Positions 25,300 through 39,017 of a DNA stretch of 64,000 nucleotides are shown piece by piece. The DNA lies in the NCBI GenBank assembly GCA_951406725.2, contig OX597827.1, forward strand, positions 11,036,001 through 11,100,000. The letters are read 5' to 3'. Made by a program: the position numbers and the translations under genes. The notes beneath the pieces are model-generated. The model did no database searches. It was not told the DNA's origin and saw nothing but the letters and a program-made list of their open reading frames with translations. Origin of the DNA: Octopus vulgaris (taxonomy: Eukaryota). Numbering within the stretch: the stretch's first letter is position 1; every line of letters begins with the position of its first letter.

Positions 25300-26210
25300 G
25301 GAGAGGTGAGCCCATGTGGTGCAAAGGAGTGAAGAGAGAAGATTAATCCCTGTTCAAGGTGCAAATGGGAGTCCAGATGGCCCCTGTGCAACACCAATCC
25401 AAACACAGACAGGTGGTATTGCAAAGAGTGACCGGTAGAGCAGAAATGGCACGAGACCAGGGTGTCATTGCTCAGTCAGATGTCTCGGAGGTGTTCCGTA
25501 AACCTGTCAGCCAAGTAGTGTCCCATTTGCCCAGTGTATAAAGAAGGGCAAAGAGAGCAGGAGATGCAGTAGATGACATTGGTAGAATTGCAAGTGAAGG
25601 AGTTGGTGATGTGATAGGGTCAATGATGGGTGCCGGTGAGGAGGATGGTGTTGGAGAGGTAAGGGCAAGTGTGACAGCTTGGGTGGGAGAAGGGAAACAA
25701 GCTGTGGACCAAGAGGTCTTGTAGGTTGTGGGCTCATTTGAAGGAGGGGAGGTGTTGGTTAGGGAAGATATGCGAAGTGGAGGGGTCAGACTTGAGTCAC
25801 CGGAAGGCTCAGAGAATGGTGCATTTGAGAGGTAGGGTGGTAAGGTGGTAGGTGAGGGGAAATGGGAGGCAGGAGAAAGACAGTGGGGCGGGTTCAGGAG
25901 GAGAGAGCAAATGCATGGTCCATGGAATGTGCTCTGGCAAGGGCGGTGTGGATAGTGGTGAGGGGATATCCATGTAGGATGAGGTGGCGAGCCATGAGTT
26001 GAGACTGAGTCTCAAAGTCAGGGTCGTCACTACAGAGCCTGCGTAGACAGAGGAATTGGGGATAGGGGATAAAAAGCTTGGTGTGTTTAGGGTGGGAGAA
26101 GGAGAAGTTGAGGTTTGAGCATGAGTCTGAGTGTTTGTAGTGGATGGAGGTGGTGAGAGTGCAGTGATGAATGCTGACCGAAATGTCAAGAAAGGAGACA
26201 GAGGTGTCAG
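25300..26210 (-). mobile_element. Penelope-like retroelement remnant (post-RT region plus GIY-YIG endonuclease)
   Basis: HPKHTKLFIPYPQFLCLRRLCSDDPDF..HGYP..IHTALARA and FTCNSTNVIYCISCSLCPSLYTGQ..LADRFTEHLRDI..HF..GHS..EQGLIFSL..PHGL motifs. Confidence 0.88.
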
Positions 26211-26879
26211 ATATATATATATACATATGAGCTTTTCACAGAATTTCCTTTCATCAAATTCATTCTGGAAGGCATTGGTCACTAGGTCTGAGAAAACAAA
26301 AAGCAAAAAAAAAAAAAAAAGGAAAAGGATGGGCACTGACACACTTGATGTTACCATTGTGCTAATGATCAGACTCATTCCGTTTTTAATTAATTAACAT
26401 TTTTGTGTTATCTCTCCTGACTTCTGTTTTTTTTTTTTTTTTTTTTTTTTGACAAGTGTTAGTTCGTTAGTCATTTATTCCCTGCAATCACATCTATTGT
26501 TTAATTAATTAAAATTTTTTTTTTGCTTATCTACATCGAGTACATTAGCACCCACTTTGCTAATATATATTTCCATGCAGCAGGTATCCCTGGGAATTTC
26601 TCCCCACCTATTCCTCCACTCATTCATTCCATTAGTTTGTAGGCTGACATTTGATTATGTTGCATGGAAGAGAGACAGGACAAAGAGAAATCTTTCTGCT
26701 TTTGTGTTGTAGTCAGATTGCTGTCTACCATGGCTTAATGCTGGTTGCTGTCATTGCACAAAACAGACTGAGAGAGAGAGAGAGAGAACGAATTTCCTTT
26801 TGTCATGATGATGTAATAAACTAATGAGACGGTATCAAAACAGTACAGAAACAGCATATCTACTGCTGATCCCCTACAG

Positions 26880-26892
26880 GGGTCAGTGAACT
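26880..26892. promoter_or_regulatory. IR1 nuclear-receptor element GGGTCAgTGAACT
   Basis: Matches RGKTCAnTGAMCY (EcRE/FXR-type IR1) within a unique island. Confidence 0.35.
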
Positions 26893-27345
26893 TTATAAAA
26901 TGTGATGAACATTTTCTTTATGTCCCTAGTAAACATAATTAATATCGGGTTTTCTTCTGCTTTTATTTTTTTTAATTTTTTTTTTCATTTTATAAAATGA
27001 AAACAATGCTATGTTGAAGGTAACTCCGAGGGAATTTTCAAAAGTCAATAATTTAAATTGCCTAATCATCATCAGAGAAGAATTTTCAAAAAAAAAAAAA
27101 AAAAAATTATATTCCTTTCAGTTATTCTGAACTCTGGTATATATGTTTAGACTATATTTTGCTAAGGAGATTTAATAAAACCGAAATATGTCAAGGGTTG
27201 TCAATGTAAATGAACCTCTGCCTATTTCAACAATGGGAATTTGGTTGCCTGTTTAACTGAATAACTTGCCTATTGGTCTATTGTCTATCCATAGAACTTA
27301 TTCAGCATTACCTGACACCTTTGGGTCTCACTGACATCATTAACT

Positions 27346-27389
<44 letters not shown>

Positions 27390-27413
27390 ATATATGTATA
27401 GGATATGTATACA

Positions 27414-27801
27414 GGTGCAGGAGTGGCTGTGTGGTAAGTAGTTTGTTTACCAACCACATGGTTCCGGGGTTTAGCAAGTGTCTTCTGCTATAGCCCCGGG
27501 CCGACCAATGCCTTGTGAGTGGATTTGGTAGACGGAAACTGAAAGAAGCCCGTCGTATATATGTATATATATATATATGCGTGTGTGTGTGTTTGTGTGT
27601 GTGTTTGTCCACCTAGCATTGCTTGACAACCGATGTTGGTGTGTTTATGTCCCCTGTTACTTAGCGGTTCAGCAAAAGAGACCGATAGAATAAGTACTGG
27701 GCTTACAAAAGAATAAGTCCCAGGGTCGAGTTGCTCGATTAAAGGCGGTGCTCCAGCATGGCCGCAGTCAAATGACTGAAACAAGTAAAAGAGTAAAAGA
27801 G
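27414..27801 (+). mobile_element. SINE-A with small internal deletion
   Basis: Family match. Confidence 0.92.
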
Positions 27802-27939
27802 TATATCATATATACAATATGAAGATAATATATATGTATGTATGTGTGAATATATATGTGTGTGTGTGTGTGTATTCTGAGTATTCTGCTGACACATTTA
27901 CTCTTAGTGTAATCCTTCCATCCCCCTATTCCTGGGATA

Positions 27940-28300
27940 GAGGCTACAATCCATCCCACTTTAACTGGAAGAGACATGTGGGTAGAACCTTCATGCACCT
28001 CCTCTATAGGGTCCTATCAGTAGCAACAACCACCATTAGACATTTTTGGCTGGATTGCCAAGCCTCACCATCTGAAACCATTGATATTATTCAACCATCT
28101 CATTTTTGTTCTAATTACCAGTTCTCCTACCACCACGTGGTTTGGCTTGAAGAATCCATCTTGTGATTCTTTCATGTGTCATCCCAATCATATGACTGTG
28201 GTTCCAGAGATGTGATCTCTCAATGCAGAGACATAGCGGCTCAAACTGGAAAGAGGTTATGACCTCTAAGCAATGTATACTGACAAGTAACATTACTCCT
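27940..28300 (-). mobile_element. Highly decayed RTE-like LINE C-terminal fragment
   Basis: ERITRWILQAKPRGGRRTG..RWLNNI..DR remnant motifs. Confidence 0.55.
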
Positions 28301-28599
28301 AAACTCCCTCAGTTCCTATGGTTAAAAGTCACTTATCCAGGATACAGCACCATTTGATTGAACCAAGGATCGCATGATAATGTGAATTGAACCCCTTAAT
28401 AATTTATCTGTGCTGTGTCATCTTTACTGTAATCATTATACATTCTGAAGATCAGGTCACATACCACTACATACCATTTCAAACTTCTTAATAAATTTAA
28501 ATTTCAGAGTCCTCTCCCCTTTCTTTTTACAATGAGAATTTTCAGCTCACAAGCTGTGGCCATGCTGGGGCACTGCCATTAAAACTAAATAAATACACC

Positions 28600-28826
28600 C
28601 TTTTTAAAGCCTAGCCAGGGTCATGGGCCCGGTTTCCCGGTTTCTATGGTGTATGTGTTCCACAGCTGGATGGAACGCCAGTCCATCGCAGCATTACTGA
28701 GTGGACTGGAGCAACGTGAAATGAAGTGTTTTGCTCAAGAACACAATGCGCTCGCCGGTCCAGGAATCGAAACCACAATCTTACAATCATGATGCTGACA
28801 CCCTAACCACTAAGCCACATTCCTCC
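28600..28826 (-). mobile_element. SINE-B copy
   Basis: Reverse complement of the 2778-3021 type. Confidence 0.8.
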
Positions 28827-28989
28827 AATTGTTAGCAATTTAAATGACTTGGGCTAACTAAAGCTTTGCAATTGTGTTTCAAATATAGAAACTGTAAAAA
28901 AAACTAATCATATATCTGTGTGTGTATGTGGATTTGGGGTATGTATATATAAGTAAATATATGTGTGTGAGAGGGTGTGCATGTGTTTG

Positions 28990-29383
28990 TAACCCCTTGT
29001 CTCACCATTTGCATAAAAGTTGGAAGTGTGTCTGTCATACGAGTAGTATCATTCATTTCCAGTATTCTGCAAAAGTATGTCTGGTCACGGGAAAATATTA
29101 TCTTCCTCAGGTAAAACTGAGGGTCGAGGACAGAAAAGCATCAGGCCACAGAAAAATCTGTCGTAACAAACTCCTGTCCAACTCATGCAAGCATGGGAAA
29201 AGTGGATGTTAAATAACAATGATGATGATGACGATGATGATGATGACGATGATGATGACGACGACGATGATGATGATGATGATGAGGAGGAGGAGGAGGA
29301 GGAGGGTGAAGTTGTTGATGATGATGATGATGATGACGATGATGACGACGACAATGATGATGATGATGATGATGATAATGATA

Positions 29384-29415
<32 letters not shown>

Positions 29416-29515
29416 GATGATGATAATGATGATGATGATGATGATGATGATGACGGTGACGATGATAATGACGATGATGATGATGATGATAATGATGATG
29501 ATGATGACGACAGCG

Positions 29516-29547
<32 letters not shown>

Positions 29548-29627
29548 GACGATGACGATGATGATGATGACGATGACGATGACGACGACGACGATGATGA
29601 TGATGATGATGATGATGTTGACGATGA

Positions 29628-29658
<31 letters not shown>

Positions 29659-29665
29659 GACGACG
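28990..29665 (+). repeat. Retroposon with RTE-type 3' end whose tail is expanded into ~450 bp (GAT/GAC)n
   Basis: CATGCAAGCATGGGAAAAGTGGATGTTAAA terminus directly precedes the repeat (29217-29665). Confidence 0.85.
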
Positions 29666-30124
29666 TATCTTTATAAGTCAGTAAATTGGTAGAGTCGTTA
29701 GAATGTTGGCTAGAATTGCCTCATGGCAATTATTTCGACTCTCTTGGATCCGAGTTAAAATCTCACCGCCATCAACCTTTCATTTTATCCTTTTGGGGAT
29801 GAAAAAAAAACAAAAACAGTAAGAGTTTAGTGCCAAGGATTAACAGAATTGATGGAGCGGTGGAGAAGGAATGGCTTGTGATATCTGTTCTGGTGTGGTG
29901 TATTTCTGGTTCTTTTCTCACTTGGTGCATTTCTAATTAGTATGTAACTTTTGTTGAAAATTACAAGAGAGATAATCCTGAAAATGTTAATTAATTATTA
30001 GCAGGATGGTAATACTAAGTGCATTAGCACCTATGTTTACCATTTTGATTTCCTTTCATTTCCTCAAGCCTGGTAACCAATGCCTTGTAAGTTGGATTTG
30101 GCAAACAGAAATTGTATGAAGGTT

Positions 30125-30163
<39 letters not shown>

Positions 30164-30166
<3 letters not shown>

Positions 30167-30522
30167 CAGTATCCGGCGTTGCTCAGGTTTGTAAGGGAAA
30201 TAACTATAAAGCATTTTTAGAGAGTTATAGCCAAAAGATAGCAAAAAAATGAAAAAAAAATGATGGTAAATTTTTTGAGAGTTAAAAAAGGTGGATAGAC
30301 AGTTTGTGTTTCTGATTTTCGACCCCATGTCGAATTTATCGATTTTTTTCAGAACTGGGGGAACTTTTCAAAATTTTCGCTGCATTAGTTTTGAATTATG
30401 ACATTGGGCTATGTGTGTGTCAAGTTTCATCAGAATCGGTTGAAAGCCGTGGTCAGAATGAAGGTACGAGAAAACAGACACACAGAAAACGCACAGACAA
30501 ACTGCCGTTTATATAGAGAGAT
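30164..30522 (+). mobile_element. Non-autonomous Helitron/HINE-like element inserted in (TA)n
   Basis: TAGCAGTATCCGGCGTTGCTC start, CAAGTTTCATCAGAATCGG..ACAGACA..TTTATATAGAGAGAT end, resembling Helitron-derived elements. Confidence 0.6.
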
Positions 30523-30536
30523 ATATATATATATAC

Positions 30537-31068
<532 letters not shown>

Positions 31069-31109
31069 TATATATATATAAAAATTTTTTTCCATAATGA
31101 GATAAAAAA

Positions 31110-31169
31110 ACGAAGGCTGTGTAGATTTTAGAACATTTATAAATGTTCTAAAATCTACACAGCCTTCGT
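31110..31169. repeat. Perfect 60-bp spacerless palindrome
   Basis: ACGAAGGCTGTGTAGATTTTAGAACATTTA|TAAATGTTCTAAAATCTACACAGCCTTCGT; extends imperfectly to 31086-31190. Confidence 0.95.
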
Positions 31170-31420
31170 GTTTTTCTCTTTATGGAAAAAGAGTTTTTCA
31201 TATACACACACTGATATATGACCTACGTTGGACCCCTTATTCGCATAATCACCAAACCTGGAACACAACTATGGTCTATCCATAGTACTTATTCAGCATT
31301 ACCCGACACCTTTGAGTCTCACTGACACCATTACCTCTCATAACCTCCTATATATATATTACTTGGTAGAATTATTAATTACTAATTAATTAATTAATTT
31401 TACCCTTTATTATTACTGAT

Positions 31421-31453
<33 letters not shown>

Positions 31454-32456
31454 GATATAAATGTATAGGATATGTATATATATATATATCATATATACAA
31501 TATGGATATAATATATATACGTATGTATGTGTGAATATATATGTGTGTGTGTGTATGTATATATACAAACATACCTTATGCACACATACATACATGCATA
31601 CATACATAGTCATCCATCCATCTATATATGCATACATACATACACACATGCATACATACATACATACATACATACATACATACATACATAGCACTGGAAA
31701 ACGGTGACAATTCTGGTAAGAGTTCTGATTGACGGATTGTATAAGCAATTAGAAGAGACAATAAAATCATTCACTTTCCTCGGTTCAATCAGAAGATTCG
31801 CTGCCGCCGCCATCATCAGTCGCATCACCATTTGTTTTCTACGAATTGCTGAAAAATTTCATCACATTTCTCCAAACTAGTTACGTAGACAATTTCAAAT
31901 AACTAGTACAGGCATGCTCCACATTATGGAAGCATTGCATTCTTGAAAATCTTGTCATAACATGGAATTCAGAAATGCAAAAGTTATTTTGATATTGACT
32001 ACAATGTTATGTAATGTGGTTACATGAACTCTCATGTTGTGTAACATGGTTATATGAACTTACGTCCTGCATTACATGGTAGTCAATAGGAAGATGAATT
32101 TGATGCTAAGAAGTTCCACATTATGACCAGATTTTTCAGGGATATTATGCTTCTAGAATATAGAGGATTCCCATAGTTTGGAGTGATTTTTTTCTTTAGT
32201 ATTTAGTCAAGGGAGGTGGTATTCCCCATTAATACTTATGAATGTTATACAGCCTCTGAGATTAGTGGGAGGGAGGGAAAACAACTGAAAACCTGACCTA
32301 AATGTTTGCAACAGAGTAGACTCTTCTAAAAAGGTACTCAAGGTGAGGCGGTGGTGTTAAACCAGGTGTGTATATTTGCATGTACATGCATATATAAGTA
32401 TATATATATATTTATACATATATGTATAAATATATGTATAAATATATATATGTGTG

Positions 32457-32506
<50 letters not shown>

Positions 32507-32542
32507 TCAAAGTGTACAATATTTTATATTCCTTGCAGCCAA

Positions 32543-32624
32543 TCTTACCAATCGGTTTCACACTAGGGTTTCAATGGAGTTTTAGGTGACAGTCCGATTA
32601 TGTAACCCTGCACTCTTCAGAGGT
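32543..32624 (-). ncRNA. Hammerhead-ribozyme-like motif
   Basis: Minus strand: CTGAAGA-gtgcAGGGTT..AACCCTagtgt-GAAA-CC-gatt-GG-TA; stem I is weak. Confidence 0.45.
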
Positions 32625-32687
32625 GTGAAAGCATATAGCTCAGTGGTTACAGTATCAGGTACGCAATCATGAGTTAGTGATTTTTGA

Positions 32688-32730
<43 letters not shown>

Positions 32731-32935
32731 TTTATATATATATATATATATATATAAACCTTGCCCAGAGTTGTTCCTCGGAGGGTAACTTTCTAAGTGC
32801 AATCCCATTGTCATGACCAAAGGCAGAGTTCTTCCACACTTCAGTGGTAGCTGTTATGGAATGAGACATGGAAACTGTTTTCTCTCTCTCTCTCTCTCTC
32901 TCTGTATATATATATATATATACATATGTACATCT

Positions 32936-33270
32936 GTGAAGGATTGTGGTTTAGTGGTTAGGGAATTTGGCTCATTATTGTAAGGTCATGAGTTTGAGTC
33001 CTGATAGCACATTGTGTCATTGAGCAAGACAATTTTTTTCACATTTCTCCAGACCACTCAGTTTGCTAAAAAAAACGTAGTACCTGTAATCCAAAGGGCC
33101 AGACTTGTCACATTCTGTGTGATGTTGAATCTCCCTAAAGACTACTTTAAGGGTATGTGTGTCTGTGGAGTGCTCAGCCACTTGCATGTTAATTTCATGA
33201 GCATGTTGTTCCATTGATCAGATCAACTGGAAATATCATTGTCATGTCATAACCGGCAAAGTGCCAGTTT
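32936..33270 (+). mobile_element. SINE-B diverged copy
   Basis: Similar to 54003-54320. Confidence 0.78.
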
Positions 33271-33599
33271 TAATCCGGATGAAGACTTAAGTCGATCAGC
33301 AAATTAGGCTACAGTAGGATTTGAACTCAAAATGCAAAGGCCTGAAACAAATACTACAAAACATCTGGTCTGACGTTCTTATGGTTCTGCCAATATGTCA
33401 ACTTGGATGGGTACACTTTTATCAGCCCTAAAAAAATAAAAAGCAAAGTTGACCTCAGCAGGATTTGAACTCAAAATGTAAAAATAAGCCAGAACAAATA
33501 TTGTAAAGTATTCCCTTGCTGTTCTATCAAATCTGCCAATTCACTGCCTTTGTTGTTGTGACTGTTGTTGTTGTTATTGTTATAGTTGTTTAGCCTCTG

Positions 33600-33870
33600 T
33601 GTTATTCATGGCAATCTTCCAAGATTACCGTACAGAAAAGTAAGCTGAGATTCTGTGGACACTGCTTTCATAGTAAGAATGAAGTAGTGACTCAGATGCT
33701 GATGTAAGAACCAGCATATGGAAAAACAGCCCAGGAGGAGGTCATCCTACCAGGACACATGTTGACCAACTGGTTGAAGATTCTGGTCTGCTGAAGAGTA
33801 GCCTACCAAGACCAATGCAGGTGAGGGAATTTGGAGGGAATTCTGGAGGACAAGTCATTGATGGTGTTTG
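33600..33870 (+). mobile_element. Decayed RTE LINE C-terminal fragment
   Basis: LRFCGHCFH..EP.YG..HVDQLVEDSGL motifs, similar to 8414-8656. Confidence 0.55.
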
Positions 33871-34178
33871 TCTGTGGCCGACACTGTAGGTAGGTAAATA
33901 GGTAGATAGGTAGGTAGGTAGCCTCCAGGCCAGTCTTACACAAGCAGTTCTATATATCCAAATGACATTTTGGTCATGACTATCCTCTGTTTTAGAGAGT
34001 CTATCAAGGACACTGAAATGTATTCTTTCCATTTTTTCCGTATGACCATGCCACTTTTTCTCCTTGGCAGAAGATAACATTATCGTGTATGTATATACTT
34101 AATTATATATATTACTGCTGTCTTGGGTATATACATACATACATGGATACATACACACAGACACACTCACACACACAC

Positions 34179-34473
<295 letters not shown>

Positions 34474-34592
34474 AAGATAGCTTATTATCCCACGTTTTTG
34501 TTTTTTTTTTTCTTTTGCTCACAAGGTAGGTTGTGATTTGAGTGAAATTTGGTCTTGCTATTTCTAGAAACTCCTGCAAGCAACCACATAAA

Positions 34593-34643
<51 letters not shown>

Positions 34644-35732
34644 ATTGGCTATCTACTGTGTGAAATATCCTCCTTCTCCTCCTCTTAGTAACGCATGACA
34701 TATCAAGTAGCGGGGCATAAGTAAAAAAAGAAAAAAAAAGAGAAAAACAAAATAACTAAACACACACAAACGCATATAAATAAAATAAACTAAACTAATA
34801 TAAAACAGTGTGTGTGTACATTGATCCTCACCAGGATAAACCACTTTAGATGAAAGGTAATGGCAATATATTGACTAGCATTACAATATTAAACACTAGT
34901 ACTAAGTGAAAAGGTTGGGCTAGTGGTTTGGTGGAGGTGACTAGCTGGATAACTGGATAATTGATGAAAGCTTAACAGTGCTGAGTTGAAATTCTGCCAA
35001 GGTTGACATAGCCTTTCATACCTTTAGGGTCAATAAAATAAAATGCTAGTAGCATACTGGAATAAATAGTTGAAACATCTAGACTGTAGGTGGCAGGTTG
35101 AAATTTTTAGGTCAATTCAAAGCATTTGATTGGCTGCACAAAATGATACAGGTCTGCATTTGATTGGTGGTTTGCCTGAAAGACACAAGTCTGCTTGGTT
35201 GACCAAAGTAAAAATCAAACAAAGGATAACATCAACAACAATACAGTAGCAGCAACAACAACAACAACAACAGCACCAGCAGCTGTAGCAGTAGCAGCAG
35301 CAGCAGCCGCAGCAGCAGCAACAACAAGAATTAAATGAGATTCTATACAGCAGGGAGCGAGTGACTCTGATCTTTGGCAAGTGTGGTGATAACTGTAAAA
35401 GTGGACACAGCATGGTGGAATGATTAAGAAATCTGCTTTGCAATCATGAAATTCCAGGTTCAATTTCACATTGGTCCAGTCAACTCATCACCATCACCAT
35501 CACCATCATCATTATTTAGCGTCCACTTTCCATGTTGGCATAGGTTGTGCAGTTTGACAGGAGCTGGCTTGGCAGAAGACTGCACCAGGCTTCAGTGTCT
35601 GTTTTGGTATGGTTTTTATGGCTAGATGCCCTTCCTAACACCAACCGTCCCACTGTGTGAATTCAGCAGGTTAAGATGAGTATTTCTGCAATGGACTGGC
35701 ATCCTCAAGGAATATATACACCACAGATATAG

Positions 35733-36146
35733 GGCAGTGAGCTGGCAGAATCGTCAGCACGCCAGGTGAAATGCTTAGCGGTATTTCGTCTGCTGTTACG
35801 TTCTGAGTTTAAATTCCGCCGAGGTCGACTTTGCCTTTCATCCTTTCGGGGTCAATAAATTAAGTACCAGTTTACGCATTGGGGTTGATGTAATTGACTT
35901 GATCCATTTGTCTGTCCTTGTTTGTCCTCTCTGTGTTTAGCCCCTTGTGGGTAGTAAAGAAATAGGTATTTCGTTTGCAGCTACGTTCTGAATTCAAATT
36001 CCACCGAGGTCAACTTAGCCTTTCATCCTTTCGAGATTGATTTAATAAGTACCAGTTATGCACTGGGGTTGATGTAATCGACTTAATCCTTTTGTTTGTT
36101 CTTGTTTGTCCCCTCTATGTTTAGCCTCCTGTGGGCAATAAAGAAG
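35733..36146 (+). mobile_element. SINE-C with tandem duplication of its 3' ~180 bp
   Basis: GAGCTGGCAGAA head, GTTCAAATTCC B box, GCCTTTCATCCTTTCGGGGTC..AAGTACCAG core (resembles the Deu/Nin SINE domain, inference). Confidence 0.85.
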
Positions 36147-37561
36147 TAAATATATACACCACAGAATATGGGGATACTGGCTTTAAGAGTCTATATGACT
36201 CAGGAAAGATCTTTATCCTTTTTTAATTTGGGGCAGGAGTCTTTTATGGTCCTTGAGAGTAAAATTTGGTAGACAGAAAGTGTGCAGAAGCCTGTTAGAT
36301 GGAGTGTGCCTGTAATCCAAAGGTCCTGCTTTGTTTCATACTCTGTTGTGATAGTTCTGTTTGAAGATTACACTCAAGGTATATGCATCTGTGGAGTACT
36401 CAGCCACTATCATGTTAATTCAATGAATAGATAATTTGGTTAACTGAACAACTGAATACGAGTCACTGATACCAACAGAGATCAATTTTTACCTTATAAG
36501 ACTAAGAGACAGGTGAAATGGCTCTAACAAGGAATTGCAACTTGACTGAAATAAATGTGAGACTAACAGCAAAAAAATGCGATTTGTAGGTTGTAATTTA
36601 AGAGAGATTTGGCTGCTATTTCTCGCAAGTTGATCACTTAATGACTTTCTCATTGGCTCGTATAAATCTGAGGCTATTGCTGTTGCTTTGTCTCAGGTCA
36701 GCCCTGATTGAATAGATTTATAGCCCGAAGGCTATAATAGAAGACACTTGTCCTAAGTGTCATCCAAAAGCACTGGCATATTGGAGAGGGGGGTAGTAGG
36801 GGCGGTCTTCCCTGGGTGGCACTTTTAAAGGGGCAGCAGTTTTCATCCTGTTGTAGGGTATTGCTGTAGGCAATATGCGTTTTTTGTGGGATCCAAGGAC
36901 TCACTTAAGAGGCAGTTTTTGTTACAAAAACAAAAAACAAAAAACAAACAGATTTATGTGGTTTACTTAAAAGCTTATATAAGTTCGATTGACTTGCTAG
37001 AAATAGCAGCCAAATTTTCTTCAAATCACATCTTGTCATCATAGATTACATAGGATAATATTGTATCAGACATGCGATGTGTGAAAATTAATAGATGGAA
37101 TAGCCATAGCTGGAATGTCTTTGATCATAAATCTATTCAATCAGGGCTGACCTGAGACAAAGCAACAGCAATAACCTCAGATTTATACGAGCCAATGAGA
37201 AAGACATTAAGTGATCAACTTGCTAGAAATAGCAGCCAAATCTCTCTTAAATTACTACCTACAAATCACATTGTTTTCCCTGTTAGTCTCACATTTATTT
37301 CTGTCGTTAGATTGTGGCTCTGCTAGGGCATCACCTTGAAGGGTTTTGGTCAAACAAATTGATCCCGGTATTTATTTTTAAAGTTCTGGTACGTAATCTA
37401 TTGGTGTCTATGCAAAATCACTAAGTTACAGGGTTGTAAACTAACCAACACTAGTTGACAAGCAGTATGTGTGTGTGTGTGTATGTGGGGGGGTAATAAG
37501 GACACAGACACACACACACATGACAGGATCTTACTGAGTTTCCATCTACTAAGTACATTCT

Positions 37562-37869
37562 CGTGAAGGCACATGGCCTAGTGGTTAGAGCAGTGGACTC
37601 ATGGTCGAGGGATCACGGGTTCGAATCTCAGACCGGACGATGTGTGTGTGTTTATGAGCGAAACACCTAAGCTCCACGTGGCTCTGGCAGAAGGTAATGG
37701 CGAAACTTCTGCTGACTCTTTCGCCACAACTTTCTCTCACTCTTTCCTCCTGCATCTTGCAGCTCACCTGCAACGGACCAGCTTCCCATCCAGGTGGGGA
37801 ACCTATACGCCAAGGAAACTGGGAAACCGGCCCTATGAGCCAGGCATGCTTCAAGAAGGAACAAACAAC
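37562..37869 (+). mobile_element. SINE-B nested in an old SINE-A copy
   Basis: Flanked by near-identical AAGT(A/T)CATTCTC (probable TSD). Confidence 0.8.
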
Positions 37870-38459
37870 AAGTTCATTCTCAAAGCATTAGTCAACCCGA
37901 GGCTATAATAGTAGACACTTGTCCTAAGTGTCATCCAAAAGCACTAGCATATCGGAGATGGGGGTCAGTAGGGGCGGTCTTCCCCGGGTGGCACTTTTAA
38001 AGGGGAAGCAGTTTTCATCCTGTTGTAGAGTATTGCTGTAGGCAATATGTGTTTTTTGTGGGATCCAAGGACTGCAAATGGAAGGGCTGCCCCAGGGGGC
38101 ACACACTCTAGCTATGCTAGTGCCCAGAAGGATTGAACCTGAAACCACAAGTAATGGGGGAGGGTGTAAACACGGACACAAAGACACACACCATATGCAA
38201 ACATACACACACATGACTGGCCCTCACAGAGTTTCCATTTACCAAATTCACTCACAAAGCATTGGTTGACTTGATGCTATGAAAGAAGACATTTGCCCTA
38301 AGTTCCCCATGGTGGGATTGAACCCAAAACAACGTAGCTGCAAAACGAGTGTCTTTATCACTCAGTCATGCCTACACCTATGTTTTATAATATCATCTTA
38401 GAAAAATGTTGTATTAAATAATATAGGCTTTGATATGCAAAAGATACAATTCATTCAGC

Positions 38460-38672
38460 CTGTCTGTGTTTGTCCTCCCAACATCACTTGACAACCGATG
38501 CTGGTGTGTTCATGTCCCCGTCACTTAGCAGTTCGGCAAAAGAGACCGGTAGAATAAGTACTAGGCTTACAAAAGAATAAGTCCTGGGGTCGATTTGTTC
38601 GACTAAAGGCGGTGCTCCAGCATGGCCGCAGTCAAATGACTGAAACAAGTAAAAGAGTAAAAGAGTAAAGAG
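38460..38672 (+). mobile_element. SINE-A, 5'-truncated
   Basis: Family match. Confidence 0.9.
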
Positions 38673-39017
38673 AGAACTGGAGAAACTTTTCTCAGGCTGG
38701 AGATCTGATGTGAATGCTTGCAAACAAAATAAACTCTATGAGAGGCACCCAAGGCGAGGTGCTGGTGTTAAACTGGGTGACCAAAAGTCTACACTGAATG
38801 GCATAACATGAATTCAGAGTTACTATAATGAACATCATAACAAATACAAAAAAAGATCAATTAAATTTCTCAATTACATTTTATGATATTCGTAAACAAT
38901 ACAGAAAATAGAAAAATATTAGTAGTACGATATTGAGAGGAAAATAATTTTAAATGTTGAGTGTATACACGCAAGCACACACTTACATACTCATACACAC
39001 ACACATACACGCACACA

